A stretch of 58,655 nt of DNA from Octopus bimaculoides. Its lineage: Eukaryota. The notes under the pieces were generated by a model. That model was not told the origin of the DNA. It saw nothing but the letters and a program-made list of their open reading frames with translations, and made no database searches. The stretch is taken from the NCBI RefSeq assembly GCF_001194135.2, contig NC_068993.1, positions 20,755,734-20,814,388 of the forward strand, given 5' to 3'. Shown one piece after another: positions 1-13,487 of this stretch (position 1 is the first letter of the stretch; every line of letters starts with the position of its first letter). The position numbers and the translations under genes were made by a program.

Positions 1-66
<66 letters not shown>

Positions 67-829
67 TGTATCTATCTATCTATCTATCTACCTATCTATG
101 GTATGTATATATACGCACACACCATTATTCAAGAATACAAAAACAAAGAATATGAGGAAAAACAAAATAAACAGATAAAAGAAAGAAAGACGAATCAACG
201 TATTGGGAGGGGAGCAACGAGTGAAGTGGCGGGAATTTACAGATGTTATTGTTGGCAGCGATATTTTTTACTTTGTTTAAATAAATAGAATTAATGCTTA
301 AGAAATGAAGCCAGTGTAATATTATTGTTTAATAAATTTACGTAAAATTCACACATGTTGGGACTAAATAATATGCATATTTACATCAGGCAAAGTTATT
401 TTGCATTATTTCATTCCTTTCTTAAATATTTTACCAATTAAAATATTCTTTATTTGGAAGTTAGAACTCACCAAAAAATCTGTACATGCATATGCATAAC
501 GCGAAATTATGTATACATCGCCACTGCCCCAATACATACATGCATATCTCGGATGTCTTTCAGTCGTTTCACTGCGACCATAGTGGGGCGCCACCTTTCA
601 GAATTTTAGTCGAACGAATCTACCCCAGTACAAATATTTATAAGCCTGGTACTTATTCTATCGCTTTCTTAGGGTTGGCCCCACTGCCTTCAGAGCTAGC
701 ATGCTAAAAAGTGGTACTTTTGTGATTACATAACCGAACTTTGACCTTGATGTCCCAATTTTCTTTGGGCGGGTGGGGGTTTACAGTGTAAACTTGACTG
801 TTCCGCTAGCAGTGTGCACCAAGAAGAAC

Positions 830-970
830 AGAGATTAGTGATAGTATAACGATCGGGAATTGAAAAAGTCTTTAACGTTTCGAGCCTACGCCCTTCTACA
901 GAAAGGAACACGGAAAGAAACAAAAACAAGGAGAGAAAAAATGTGTGTAGTGGTCAGCGATCTATCATAG

Positions 971-1006
<36 letters not shown>

Positions 1007-1090
1007 AAAAAAATTAAGGTACTCAGAAATCTGGATGGTTGTACATTTACAGATTTTTATTAATATGTCACATGTTTTATAAATCATATA
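830..1090 (-). mobile_element. Penelope-like element terminal (pLTR-type) fragment
   Basis: Minus strand reads CTGTAGAAGGGCGTAGGCTCGAAACGTT, the CTGxxGA...GAAACGT signature typical of Penelope termini; interrupted by (TA)n and cut by a gap at 1091. Family assigned from recalled motif, no search run. Confidence 0.55.
870..905 (-). ncRNA. Minimal type I hammerhead-ribozyme-like motif with variant core
   Basis: CTTT-CTGTAGA-A-GGGC(GTAG)GCTC-GAAAC-GTT-AAAG: stem I CUUU/AAAG, stem II GGGC/GCUC, GAAA, palindromic ACGU stem III. Core has U in place of A6 and the cleavage triplet is GUU. Confidence 0.5.
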
Positions 1091-1410
1091 NNNNNNNNNN
1101 NNNNNNNNNNNNNNNNNNNNNNNNNNNNNNNNNNNNNNNNNNNNNNNNNNNNNNNNNNNNNNNNNNNNNNNNNNNNNNNNNNNNNNNNNNNNNNNNNNNN
1201 NNNNNNNNNNNNNNNNNNNNNNNNNNNNNNNNNNNNNNNNNNNNNNNNNNNNNNNNNNNNNNNNNNNNNNNNNNNNNNNNNNNNNNNNNNNNNNNNNNNN
1301 NNNNNNNNNNNNNNNNNNNNNNNNNNNNNNNNNNNNNNNNNNNNNNNNNNNNNNNNNNNNNNNNNNNNNNNNNNNNNNNNNNNNNNNNNNNNNNTATATA
1401 CATATATATG

Positions 1411-1444
<34 letters not shown>

Positions 1445-2039
1445 CATGTATGTATGTATGCATGTATGTATGTATGTATGTATTCGTATGGATTTTTGTT
1501 CGAAACATAAACTTTAGTATAATGATTTTTTTCCAAATTTCCAAACTGCTTGATGCACTAGTAACTTGTTATTAACTATGAAAATATATGTTCCAAAATA
1601 CCTAACACGCGTGTGAATCTTGAACTATTCTTAAATAAGGTTGTCAACTAGACAATCAAACAAATTTTAAACAGTGCTCAAGCATTCCCGCAACTAGGTT
1701 TCTTCTTCAGTCCTGATCTATTTGTAATCATTCAATAAGGTTCGATGATCTATATCTATAATGCAACTAAGTTCTTCTGTCAGGAAGGTAATACTTCAAC
1801 TACAAATTGTGGTGTCTTGTTCGTCTTCCCTCATGAGTTTTCAGTTGTCAACCTAATCGAATTTCTTCTCGTGAATTTAAAGAGGAAGTGTTTTAGTATG
1901 TGCAGACAAGCTCATACTTAACGTATTTCTAGGGTCGAATGAGTGCAAAGCGATGTCACTTCGAATTTTATGACCATAACTGCAAATGTGTGTCCAACCG
2001 ATTTTGTTTCTTTTATAACTTTCCGAAATATGCATTTTT

Positions 2040-2420
2040 TTAATGGAATTTTCCTGATACATTTTAAATTGTGTAGATTTGGGTTATATCAGAATTTGTG
2101 TGTGTGTGTGTGAGGGGGGGGGGGAACTTTCACGGAAATTGGTGCAAAAAGTTTCCTCGTATCTATCTGAAACATGAATATTTTTTATTAAAATGTTCTC
2201 AAACTACGTTTCAGGAAGTGTAGATAATGGTTATGTCAGAATTTGATGTAAAAAAAGAAGAGGGTGACGTTGTATTATTCATACGCTTCGACTTCGTTTC
2301 CTCATACATCTTAAGGAGGTGCATGGATTACTTTTCCCTGTATTAATTTTCACATAAAATTCTGATATAATCATAATCTAAACTATCTGAAACGGTTTTG
2401 TTGAAACTTTTGGAGGGCAC
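2040..2420. repeat. Element with direct and inverted ~28-nt subrepeats (probable non-autonomous DNA transposon remnant)
   Basis: GTGTAGATTTGGGTTATATCAGAATTTG at 2071-2098, a similar copy at 2218-2245 and an inverted copy at 2357-2383. Confidence 0.4.
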
Positions 2421-3147
2421 ATCTATAGCTACGCCAGTGAGAAATGAGTAGTTCTTTTTGAGATCTTTAAACGCAATATGCATTTCCTGTTTAGTTACAC
2501 AATATAACCTACTATGAGATTCCATTGTTTTAGCCAAATGTCCCTTGCTTATATCACAGTAAATGTTTAGACTAATCGGATTGTAATTTGGGGTAATATT
2601 AATATTTCTAAGTATTACTATTTCTAAGTGTATTTTCTAGATTTACTGTCTCATGAAGGTTATTCATTTTAGTTAGAGAGTACAAAATCTTTTGTTTTTG
2701 TTTAATTCTCAACACCCTTGTTGTCAGTGCTCAGTTTATTTTCGAAGATATACTTACGTAAGGGCGTGCTGTCAATGTCTATCATGTTTAAGAAATCGGA
2801 TTCGAAAGACCCAGTTCTTTCGTCCTCGGAGGTTGTGTATGTGTTTTGATGCCAAAGTGTTGTAGATGTTTATATGATATCAGGAACGCAGAAGCAGACT
2901 TTCCAGCTCATAATCTTAATTCATGTTCTTTTCTTTCTTTAGTATCTTAATCGCATAGCTATTTTGTCGGTTAGTGTGGAAATAGTCTTCGAAGATACAG
3001 TTCTAGACCGTGAAAGCTTTCTACTGTGCTGTGCAATTATCGTCAATTATATGCTGCAGGGTCTGATATGACTTTGTAATACGTCGCAAGAAGCGTAATG
3101 ACATACGTTAAAGAAACTATATGCGTTCGCGCGTGTACGCATGCACG

Positions 3148-3178
<31 letters not shown>

Positions 3179-3197
3179 GCATATACACACACCTTCC

Positions 3198-3520
3198 ACA
3201 TGTTTCGGGGATTGAACTGCAGCCATGCTGGAGCATCACTTTCGAGGATTTTGTACTTATTCTATCGGTCACATTTAATAAACAGTTCAACACCAGTTGT
3301 CAAAGGGTGGGTGGGGGCAGAGAAAAACACAAAAACACACATGCACGCACACACTCGTAATCCGACGAGCTTCTTTCAGTTTCCGTCTTTCAAATCCGCT
3401 CACAAAGCTTTAATCAGCTCGGGGCTATAGTAGAAAACACTTGCCCAATGTGTCGCGTAGTGGAACTGAACCCGGAATAATGTTGTTGGGAAGCAAGCTT
3501 CTTACTACACAGTCACCTGC
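3198..3520 (-). mobile_element. tRNA-headed SINE, family A, diverged copy
   Basis: Reverse complement of the family A head (GGTTCAGTCCCACT...GGGCAAGTGTCTTCTACTATAGCC) and tail (CCAGCATGGCCGCAGT) seen in the 39414-39846 copy. Confidence 0.85.
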
Positions 3521-4169
3521 GTGAAATTCCGTCTGAATTTCTTTCGCCGACTTGAAGGGTCGCTTTTGCTTTCCATGGAATGCCTTCGTAGAACGTTCTA
3601 AGGATCGTATAATCACAAGAGTGTTAATGAGTAGTAGAAACTTTTTGAAAACTACCGCAGTAGTCTAGGGATTAGTGATCCTCATCAGCGCGTGTATTTC
3701 CGTAGATCAGTAGAATTGCAACACGTGCCGCCTGAAAAGCATTCTGATATCATCTCGAGTAGTTGTATGAAAAGACTTGGTATAGAAACATCAAGTTGGG
3801 CAGAGAAAAGAACAAAGAGCACTCTATGTATGTATGTACGTATCCATCAATAGTACTTAGATGCATACATACATGGACACATATATACATACATATATAC
3901 ATAACTAAACACACACAAACACACGCGCGCGCACACATACATATATATAGACAGGAAACAAACAGGGTGTGCGTTGCGCTACATGGCTGTATCAAGAGTC
4001 GAACAGACAGAACACAACGAAGGGAAAAAGTTAGATGAAAGCAGAGGAAACGAGAAACTAGACGACAACTTAACGAACGGGGAATAAAGACAAAGACACG
4101 ATACACGGAATATTCGCTCATGAGTTTTCCTCGTCAGTCAATGAACCAAAATATCATTGTGGCGCCGCC

Positions 4170-4782
4170 AAAATGATAATGTCTCAATGATAATGTCGCG
4201 AAACCACGATGATAATTGTGACCACCGCTGCTTCGACTCCGGAACCTAGCCGTAGACCCAACTCTCGTCAGCGGTGATAATCCTCGACATGAAGGATGTA
4301 TCATCAGCGGCATACTGACGGAGATCTTGACAGACTTCGATGCGATGTTATTTCTGCTCAGTGGTTAGCATGTCATTGGTTGTCCTCCGATGATCCTCAG
4401 GCACAAGCTGATAAATTTTCGCCACAACTCCGGAGGTGACAGGTCTTCCAGATTGCTCATGGTCTTTTACTTTTTAATAGCCCGTCCCGCTCGAAACACT
4501 GCGTCGCCGTAAACTTGCTGAAACATACTCAATGTTTCTGTAGCAGACTTCCCAAGTTTAACGCAATCTTTCACGTTGGCTTTTTGTTCCAACTTACTGT
4601 CCATGATAAAATCGCATACAGGTGACCACAAATGTCACAACTTGCGAAGCGAACAGACCGATGTCACTCGGCACACTGGTTCGTGAAGGACACTGCTAGC
4701 TCTCACTGAGCACGCAATTGTTTGCAGCTATCTGTTGGCGCGCTATAGAACTAATCCGGGAACATTTTGATACCAACTCGTA
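4170..4782 (-). mobile_element. Degenerate mariner transposon (5' TIR plus transposase N-terminus, internally deleted)
   Basis: ATG at 4604 gives MDSKLEQKANVKDCVKLGKSATETLSMFQQVYGDAV (mariner HTH start). Downstream RIITADESWVYG* matches the first catalytic-Asp motif (TGDETW). TIR-like TACGAGTTGGTATCAAAATGTTCCCGG at 4755-4782 lies next to TA. Stops and frameshifts present. Confidence 0.85.
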
Positions 4783-5113
4783 TATACATAAATATTGATA
4801 CATTTCATACATATACACACGCGTGCGCGCGCACGCACACTTGAAGTTTATAGAAAAACAAAAGATGAGGGCGGGTGTATGAACAACAAACAGGTGTATA
4901 TATATATATATATATAAATATATATATACATACGTACACTCACACACACACACACANNNNNNNNNNNNNNNNNNNNNNNNNNNNNNNNNNNNNNNNNNNN
5001 NNNNNNNNNNNNNNNNNNATATATAAGCACCTCGTATATACATGTTGATTCATTTCATACATACATATATATATACATTCATACACACACACTCATATAT
5101 ACATACATACATT

Positions 5114-5159
<46 letters not shown>

Positions 5160-7076
5160 TATATATACATACGTACACTCACACACACACACACATATAT
5201 AAACATATATAGGTATATATTGGCATATATACATTTAAATATACATAACATATATGTGTGTCTGTGTGTAATACACGCCCACAAACACATACGAACGCAA
5301 ACATACACCATACATATATACATATATGTGTGCATGTATGGTATACATATTTCAATTAATTAACGTATGTATATTCATCTATTTGTTTACCGAGTATCAA
5401 TTTCTTGGCTTTAAAAATCTTTGATAAACATTTCGTCTGTATCAAATTATTTCCGCTTTTGCCCTACAAAGGCCAGAAATTGGAGGCAAGCAAAAACACG
5501 ATTTTGCTATGTCCTCTTCCACAATTTCGTTATTATCTACATCCATTACCCTTCCTATCCCTCCGTCTCTTCCTCCAACACAGCCCAACGCCTTCACCGC
5601 CACCATCATCATCATCATCATTTTTCTTCTGGATTCAGCCTCCTCTTGCTATCTTCAATTACACAAATACGCATATATATGCACATAAATACTATTTAAG
5701 TATATAAATATACGTATATTTATATATTTATATTTGTACAGATGTGTATATATNNNNNNNNNNNNNNNNNNNNNNNNNNNNNNNNNNNNNNNNNNNNNNN
5801 NNNNNNNNNNNNNNNNNNNNNNNNNNNNNNNNNNNNNNNNNNNNNNNNNNNNNNNNNNNNNNNNNNNNNNNNNNNNNNNNNNNNNNNNNNNNNNNNNNNN
5901 NNNNNNNNNNNNNNNNNNNNNNNNNNNNNNNNNNNNNNNNNNNNNNNNNNNNNNNNNNNNNNNNNNNNNNNNNNNNNNNNNNNNNNNNNNNNNNNNNNNN
6001 NNNNNNNNNNNNNNNNNNNNNNNNNNNNNNNNNNNNNNNNNNNNNNNNNNNNNNNNNNNNNNNNNNNNNNNNNNNNNNNNNNNNNNNNNNNNNNNNNNNN
6101 NNNNNNNNNNNNNNNNNNNNNNNNNNNNNNNNNNNNNNNNNNNNNNNNNNNNNNNNNNNNNNNNNNNNNNNNNNNNNNNNNNNNNNNNNNNNNNNNNNNN
6201 NNNNNNNNNNNNNNNNNNNNNNNNNNNNNNNNNNNNNNNNNNNNNNNNNNNNNNNNNNNNNNNNNNNNNNNNNNNNNNNNNNNNNNNNNNNNNNNNNNNN
6301 NNNNNNNNNNNNNNNNNNNNNNNNNNNNNNNNNNNNNNNNNNNNNNNNNNNNNNNNNNNNNNNNNNNNNNNNNNNNNNNNNNNNNNNNNNNNNNNNNNNN
6401 NNNNNNNNNNNNNNNNNNNNNNNNNNNNNNNNNNNNNNNNNNNNNNNNNNNCTAAATGCGGTGCTCCAGCATGGCCGCAGTCAAATGACTGAAACAAATA
6501 AGCAAATAAAAGAATATATATATAGCTAGCTATCTATCTAGATAGATAGATATACGAATATATATGTATATCTATATATATTTATATATTTATATACATA
6601 CACATACATACCTATACAATATATGATATATATATATTATATATGTACGTATAGATGCATAAATACATACCCACCCGTTCGTACACATACGTACTGAAAT
6701 TCAAATTGTTTAACAATGTGTGTAACCTGATTAAAAATAATATAACAGTACACTGATGCAATGAAATATCTCGGCAATCCCTCTTTCTTTTTTTCTGGGA
6801 AAGTTTCTAGCTTTATAGTGTGTTTACGTCCCCGATAGAATAAATACTAGGCTAACAAAGAATAAGTCTTGGGGTCAATTTGTTCGACTAAATGCGGTGT
6901 CTTTTTTTGTGTTATTGTTTTTTTTGCATAAGGTTCCTAAATGTTTTATTTAGTAGATGAATATTCTACCTCAATGTTAGGGGAACAGAAACCCCCGTTA
7001 GGAGATTCTGTATTTCTTTTCGTACATCAAAACCATAGAATATTGTTGTCATTTTCATATTTTTCATACGATGAAG

Positions 7077-7080
<4 letters not shown>

Positions 7081-7146
<66 letters not shown>
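7081..7146. repeat. (AC)n microsatellite
   Basis: Pure dinucleotide run. Confidence 0.98.
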
Positions 7147-7170
<24 letters not shown>

Positions 7171-7213
7171 GCACACACATTCATATACACATACATACAT
7201 ATATACATACATA

Positions 7214-7540
7214 GGCGTCGGCGTGGTTGTGCGGCATGAAGCTTGCTTCTCAATCACAAGGTATCGGGTTCAGTCCCACTGTGTGGCACCTTGGGCAAGT
7301 ATCTTCTACTATAGCCTCTTGTCGTCCAAATTAGATTTGGTAGGCGGAAATTGAAAGTAGCTCTTCGCACATATATATATATATATATGTGTGTGTGTAT
7401 GTGTGTATGTGTGTGTGTAAGTGTTCGTGTCTGTGTTTGTTCTCCTTACCACCACCACCACCACCACCACCACCACTTGACAACCGGTGTTGGTGTGTTT
7501 ACGTCCTGTAATATTTCGGTTCGGCAAAAGAGACTGATGG
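7214..7540 (+). mobile_element. SINE family A, internally deleted copy
   Basis: Head GGGTTCAGTCCCACTGTGTGGCACCTTGGGCAAGT, then TA/TG linker, then TTGACAACCGGTGTTGGTGTGTTTACGTCC. Confidence 0.85.
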
Positions 7541-7944
7541 TTAAAGCATCAGGCTTAACAAAAGGGGGAAAAAAATAAATAGTTAAATTAAATAAGAATA
7601 TATATATATATATATATATTACTCAGAGAAATCCCAAATTTGATTTTCACGTTTTATTTATAATCTTACAATAATATAATATAACATAATAAAATATGAT
7701 ATAATATAATATAATGAAACTATAGAATATTAAATGTCCATTCTAACTGAACTAGTACCTTCATGCATTAAACTATGCAATCTTCAGGTTCAGGTAGCAG
7801 TTATGTCGTAGCAGTAGAAATAGTAACTCTAAGTATTAGTATTATTGTTCATTCAGTTTGGATTGAAATTTATTAATAAAGCCCCTTCCCTTAAAATTGC
7901 TAGTAGAGCACCAAAATTTGAAGTCAATAATGATTTATATTCTG

Positions 7945-8130
7945 AAGTCGACGAGTTGGCAGAATTCAGGTAAAATACGCAGCAGCAATTGGTTCATCTT
8001 TCCGTTTAAAGTTCAAGTTCCACCGATGTCGGCTTTCACTTTCATCCTTTCGGCGTCAGTGAAATATGCATGAGTTGAGGACTGGCTTTCCCCCGAAACT
8101 GCTGGCCGTGTGCCAAAATTTAAAGTCAAC
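7945..8130 (+). mobile_element. SINE family B, diverged copy
   Basis: GAGTTGGCAGAAT head, CTTTCATCCTTTCGG core, GTGCCAAAATTT tail. Confidence 0.75.
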
Positions 8131-9082
8131 ATGGATTTATATTCTACTCCTTAATTGAGTTTAATTTCTTAATGTAACTTTTAAAGTTACTTGTTATTAT
8201 GATGTCAGTTGATTAAACCGTTTTGCTATTTTGCATATAGTATTATGAATATTATATGCGAATTGTTAATCAATAGTTATACTTTAAGACATAAATTTAT
8301 CCCGCCATTCGGTATCAGATGATAGTTTCTTCGGTTGAAAACATTCAAACCAGATCTAGAGCGAGAGAGTAACTCGATATCCTGAGACCTGTTTCGTACT
8401 ATAACAACCAATGAGTAGTAGTTTCTTCCCTCCACTTTTTTCCGGCCAGTCTTACAGACCCTGCAAACTGTTCATAGGCGCTGGTTCGCTTTAAAAAAAC
8501 CCCATTAAGCATTAAATAACCAACATTCTAGCATCATCATCATCATCAGCAGCAGCAGCAGTAGCAGTAGCAGTAGTAGTAGTAGTAGATGATGTATCAA
8601 AATGCTTAAAGTTATCAAGAGTTAGCGCATTTTAAAGCTAAGTCAGTGAGAATGTTACAATCCATGATCATACTTTTTCAGGGTTTTTGCGACTGAGACG
8701 AAGAAAGGAAGAAAGTATCTTGACAGTGGTGACCAAAGCCGAATGTGAAAGAAACTCAAAGAGTCAGATGGTTTTTGCTAAAACAGGCGGTTGATTAAAT
8801 CTACCAACTAAGAACACCAAATACAAAGAGCCAAAATAAATGATGCATAGCATCTCGTTCGACACTCTAACAGTCCAACAATCCGTCGACCTGGGCTGCT
8901 AGATTTTATCTTGTCGTCCCTGAATGTATGAGGGCACCGTTGAAATCGGCAGGATTTCAGCTCAGTATGCAAAACATCGGAACAAATCCTGGGAGTAATT
9001 TTGTCTTACATGCTAATGATTGCCATTTGACTGCTTTCAAGGGAAACGAAATTTGTTTTTTGAATATTTCTTAATACTTTAA

Positions 9083-9295
9083 GGTGGCGACTGGTAGAAT
9101 TGTTAGCACGCCGGGTAAGATGCTTAGCAGAATGTCGTCGGTCTTCACGTTTTAACTTCAAATTCTGCCGAGGTTGACTTCGCTTTTCATCCGTTTCCGG
9201 GTATAAAATAAACATCAGTTGAGCGTTGGAGTCGATGTAATCGACTAGCCCATTTCCATAAAATTGCTGGCCTTGTTCCAAAATTTGAAACCACT
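9083..9295 (+). mobile_element. SINE family B (core resembles the Meta-type SINE domain as recalled)
   Basis: GGTGGCGACTGGTAGAATTGTTAGCACGCCGGG head; TTCAAATTCTGCCGAGGTTGACTTCGCTTTTCATCC core; CCAAAATTTGAAACCA tail. Confidence 0.85.
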
Positions 9296-11749
9296 ATTTC
9301 TTAATACTTAACTTTTAAGACATCTTGCAAATGTCTTCACTTCCTTAATCACTTTCATAACCACGTATATCTTCTCTTCCGCCTTTTGCTTTTCTTAAAG
9401 ACTTGTTATTAATGTTAATACATTGTGTCCTGCTATTTGTTTTTCATCAACATGTTTCTTAATGTGTCTTGTGACTTATCAATATGTCATTTGTGGAAAC
9501 ATGTTCTAAAATTATATCTAGTTTCTTGTAGTGCTGTGTTTTCGCTTAAAATAATTACTCTTATTGTGCAATGTGGTCCTCCTTCCCACTTTCTATTCCA
9601 CATTGAATAACTTCCTATATATCTTACATGTTGCACCCAAGCTACTTGTGTAACGTTGGATTATTATTATAAGATTAAAATAATCGTTTCCAGCGAGTAT
9701 TTTCCATTCAAAAAGAAATAATGGTTTAGAAGCATTGTTTTCTTTACTTCTACAGCTTGCACACATCTGATAACATTTCTACATTTCTTAACTTCTTCCT
9801 TCCGCTATTTTGTGCTGTTTGTTCCTGGAAATCTTGTTTCAGTTTAATTCTTTCTATAATGTTAAACATTTCATTCTTTTAATTTTCTTTAGTTTTATAG
9901 CCGTTGTGATTATTTTCTTATCCATGTTTTGAGAAAAACATCAGAAGTTTCCTTCCTTACATTAGACATAATTAAGTACATCTTAGAAAAACATACCGAA
10001 CATGCTCAAAACTTACAATTACTGTGGGAAAATTCTCTAACAATACTTCCAAGTCCTCGCATTTCTATTCTTTGGAAGGGGGTCTCTATCTATTTTAAAG
10101 ATATATTTATGAAAGTGGTCGTGTATCATCTCGTTTGTACTAATTCTAAATAGTATGGCGGATATATTTACTTCAGTGTGACAATATCTAATGCACTGAA
10201 TTCCTAAGCATTTCGACTCACCTCACAGCTTCATAATCGCTTGGTAGTATTACATTTGACTCCTACACAGTCAATTATTAAATCATTATTAATTGTCATA
10301 GTTATTATGTTGCATTATGTCGAAAGAGAACGCTAGTCTCTTATTAGCTCGTCGAATTTGATATTAGTGTATATCTCTCGAAATTTTGAATATTTAATTT
10401 TACAGATTTAAAAAAAAAAAGGACACGAAGTTAACATAGACTCTGCATATCATAAAAGATAACAGTTCATCTTCTGGACTTATGCCATTATGAAGGAGAA
10501 CATCGTAACAAAATCCAGCGACAATTTCCAGCAACAACAAAGCAGAAACGAAGATGGGCAAAAATATGATTTTAAAGATGCCCGATGCGATTACAAAGCC
10601 GTTACAAATGTCCGCACAGTATATAGGCGGCCTGTGCATCCACACTCTCTCTCTCACACACAGACACACACACATAGATATTTCACCTGTACAGAAAAGA
10701 ATTTCTTATAAGTAAAACAATATTTAGTCAAACGAAGAATAAAAAGAAACAGTTGCAGAGGACATTCGTCGGGGAGACTGTGAAGAAAGGAAATGATGTT
10801 AGTGATGCTAATCACTAATAAGTGGTGATATTAGTAATACTAAGAGTAACATAAATTTTACTTATGAGCATAATGGTCATAACAATAACCATTTTATTAA
10901 TAGTCTAAGTAATAATAGTAGCGTACATAGAGACGAAATGTATTGTATTTCAACACTGGCAAGACAGCCAACACTCGCTGCTACTAGGCTTCAGTTACGT
11001 TTAACAGGGTCTGAACAGGAAGCTGTCGAGACATGCAAACAGATACAATATATTCTGAATAGTTACGAACTTACTTGGAAAGACGGAAGTAATTCTTATG
11101 AATATTAGACAATCTTAAAAAAAAACTCATGAAAATACAATAAAGAATAATTAATGTAGATTAAGAGATATCAGAAGCAATGTACAGAAGGAAAGCCGAC
11201 ATTATTACATCCTACAATACCTAAAGTTAGTTAAACACCTCTCTATATCCTTGTAATTTTGAATTGTCGAATCTGAACTGTGGGTTAGTTGATTGTGTAG
11301 TTACAAGCGACAGGAGTCACCAATATAGAATTACGCACGGAATCAAAGATAACTGAGTTGTCATTGCATATTCTTACCACACCATAAAAATCCGTAAAAG
11401 TAAGCCTCGGGCGATAACAAAGTATAACATTAGCAAATATTACTCTGTTACTGGAATTCTTTAAAAAATCCCAACGACTTAAGTAATAAATTACAAAACC
11501 AAGAGCATTCTTTCAAATGCTCTTTAAAAACACTCTCCAATGACTTTAAAAAACACTCTCCAATTTTAATAAGAGGATATGCAGTAGTACACCATTTCAT
11601 AAATTAAATAGAAATAGATAAGATACTACTAAACAACAGTTAGAAATATTTGGAAACCCATGATTGAAAAACAAGGTTGGTGCAACACAACTTCTACCTG
11701 CAATATTAAAAAACTCTCTCTGTGGACATAACCAATTTTTTAAACAATG

Positions 11750-12205
11750 GTGGTGAGCTGGGAGAATCGTTAGCGCGTCCGATAAAATGCTTAGTGGCAT
11801 TTCTTAGGTTTTGCATTCAAATCCCGCCAAGGACATTCTTACGAGGGTCAATAAAATTAAGTACCAGTTACATATTGTGTTGATGAAATCGACTTACCAC
11901 TCTCTTAAAATTGCTGGCCCTGTGCCAGAATTAGAAACTATAATAAAGATTCAATATTCTATGCTGGCAAGGTGGCGAGCTGGTAGGACCGTTAGCACGC
12001 CGGGCAAAACGCTTAACGCATTTCGTCTGCATTTATGTTGTGAGTTCAAATTCTGGCGAATTCGATTTCGCCTTTCATCTTTTCGGGGTCGATAAGATAA
12101 GTACCAGTTGAGCACTAGGGTAGATGCAGTCGACTAGCCCCCTTCCCCATATTTCAAACCTAGTCTCAAAACTGCCGTCCTTGTGCCAAAATTTGAAATC
12201 AATAT
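11750..12205 (+). mobile_element. Two tandem family B SINE copies
   Basis: Heads at about 11750 and 11970, each followed by core and TGTGCCA(G/A)AATT tail. Confidence 0.8.
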
Positions 12206-13329
12206 TTTATGTCTGTTAAAAACTTTAACAAATTTTTTCAGGGAGATATCAGTTTCGAATGTCAAAGTTTTTAAAACGTATTTCTATTTTCATAACTAAA
12301 CGAAAATCTCATGCATTATCTTTTTCTATGAGAGTGGGATCGTATAAACTTAGTTGAAAACAAAAATTGCCAAACAACTTGCGAGAAATTAATGCATTGA
12401 CTAAGGTGACGTCAAACCGACGTAGCAATAGTTAATCGTATACGAGATATATTTATATGCGAATATAATACAGATAAATTTTCTACCAGAAGGATATATC
12501 AGCGATGCATACTTTGAATAAAAGACTCTTATGTCTACAGGCAGCTATTAAATTTTACTTATAGTTACATGGATTACAAGTTATGAGACGGTATGAGTTA
12601 TGTGAAGAAATACATATTTATTAAAGACGTATCGTTCAAGTGTAAGGTGGAAGTAGCGGATTGGCAGCAGCAGCAATTCTATACGGCGCCAGTGAAAAAT
12701 GCTTATCGATACGTATACATGTCTCTTTACGTTCTGCATTTAAATCCTGCTGGTACCTGACGTTGTCTTTTTTCTTTCCGGAATAAATAAAGTATCATTC
12801 TAGTATTGCTCCCTCCCTTCAGATGTGTGAAGAGCTTATGTCATAAATCATTAAAAGGAATCTCAGTCAAAATTTTGCAACAGAAATTACAATGCCTTGA
12901 AAAATGTCTTCATTTTGGTGGAGACCAAATGTAACATCGCTAAATTCTATCTGAAGGTTTATTGAATTGAATCTCTACTAGAAGGAACAGTATCTTGTTA
13001 GGGTCGATTTTGCATGTGTGGGGACGCATCTGCATGTGTGTGGACGCATCTGCATGTGCGTATGTACAAGCTGCATGTTACGTAGCGCATAAGGTGTATT
13101 TTGGTAGAAGCGTACGTTAAGGAAACGGCAAGCCATTTGAGAAGTCCAATTAAATGGTCCAGATTTTTACAAAAATCCTTGAAAATATAGGTCAGTCAAA
13201 TATAATATGTTGTGCAAATACTCCATAAAGATTTTGAGAGTTTTCTACATAGTATCACAAGTTTGTTATTAACACCATGAGAAGAAAAAGGCATGAACAG
13301 GAAATTGACTTTTAGAAATGATAGCGGTG

Positions 13330-13422
13330 GTGCGGCAGCGGTGGCGGCAGCGGTGGCGGCAGCGGAGGTGTTTGTTGGTGGTGTTTTTTGTGGTGGTGAT
13401 AGTAGTAACACTAGTAGTAGTA

Positions 13423-13487
<65 letters not shown>

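Noticed and set aside
3500-3620. FHGKQKRPFKSAKEIQ as a possible mariner C-terminus
   Set aside because: Similarity to LKGRRF..EIQ is too weak and the YSPDLAP motif is absent.
4895-5195. Duplicated TA/CA block either side of the 4957-5018 gap
   Set aside because: Gap-flanking overlap artefact.
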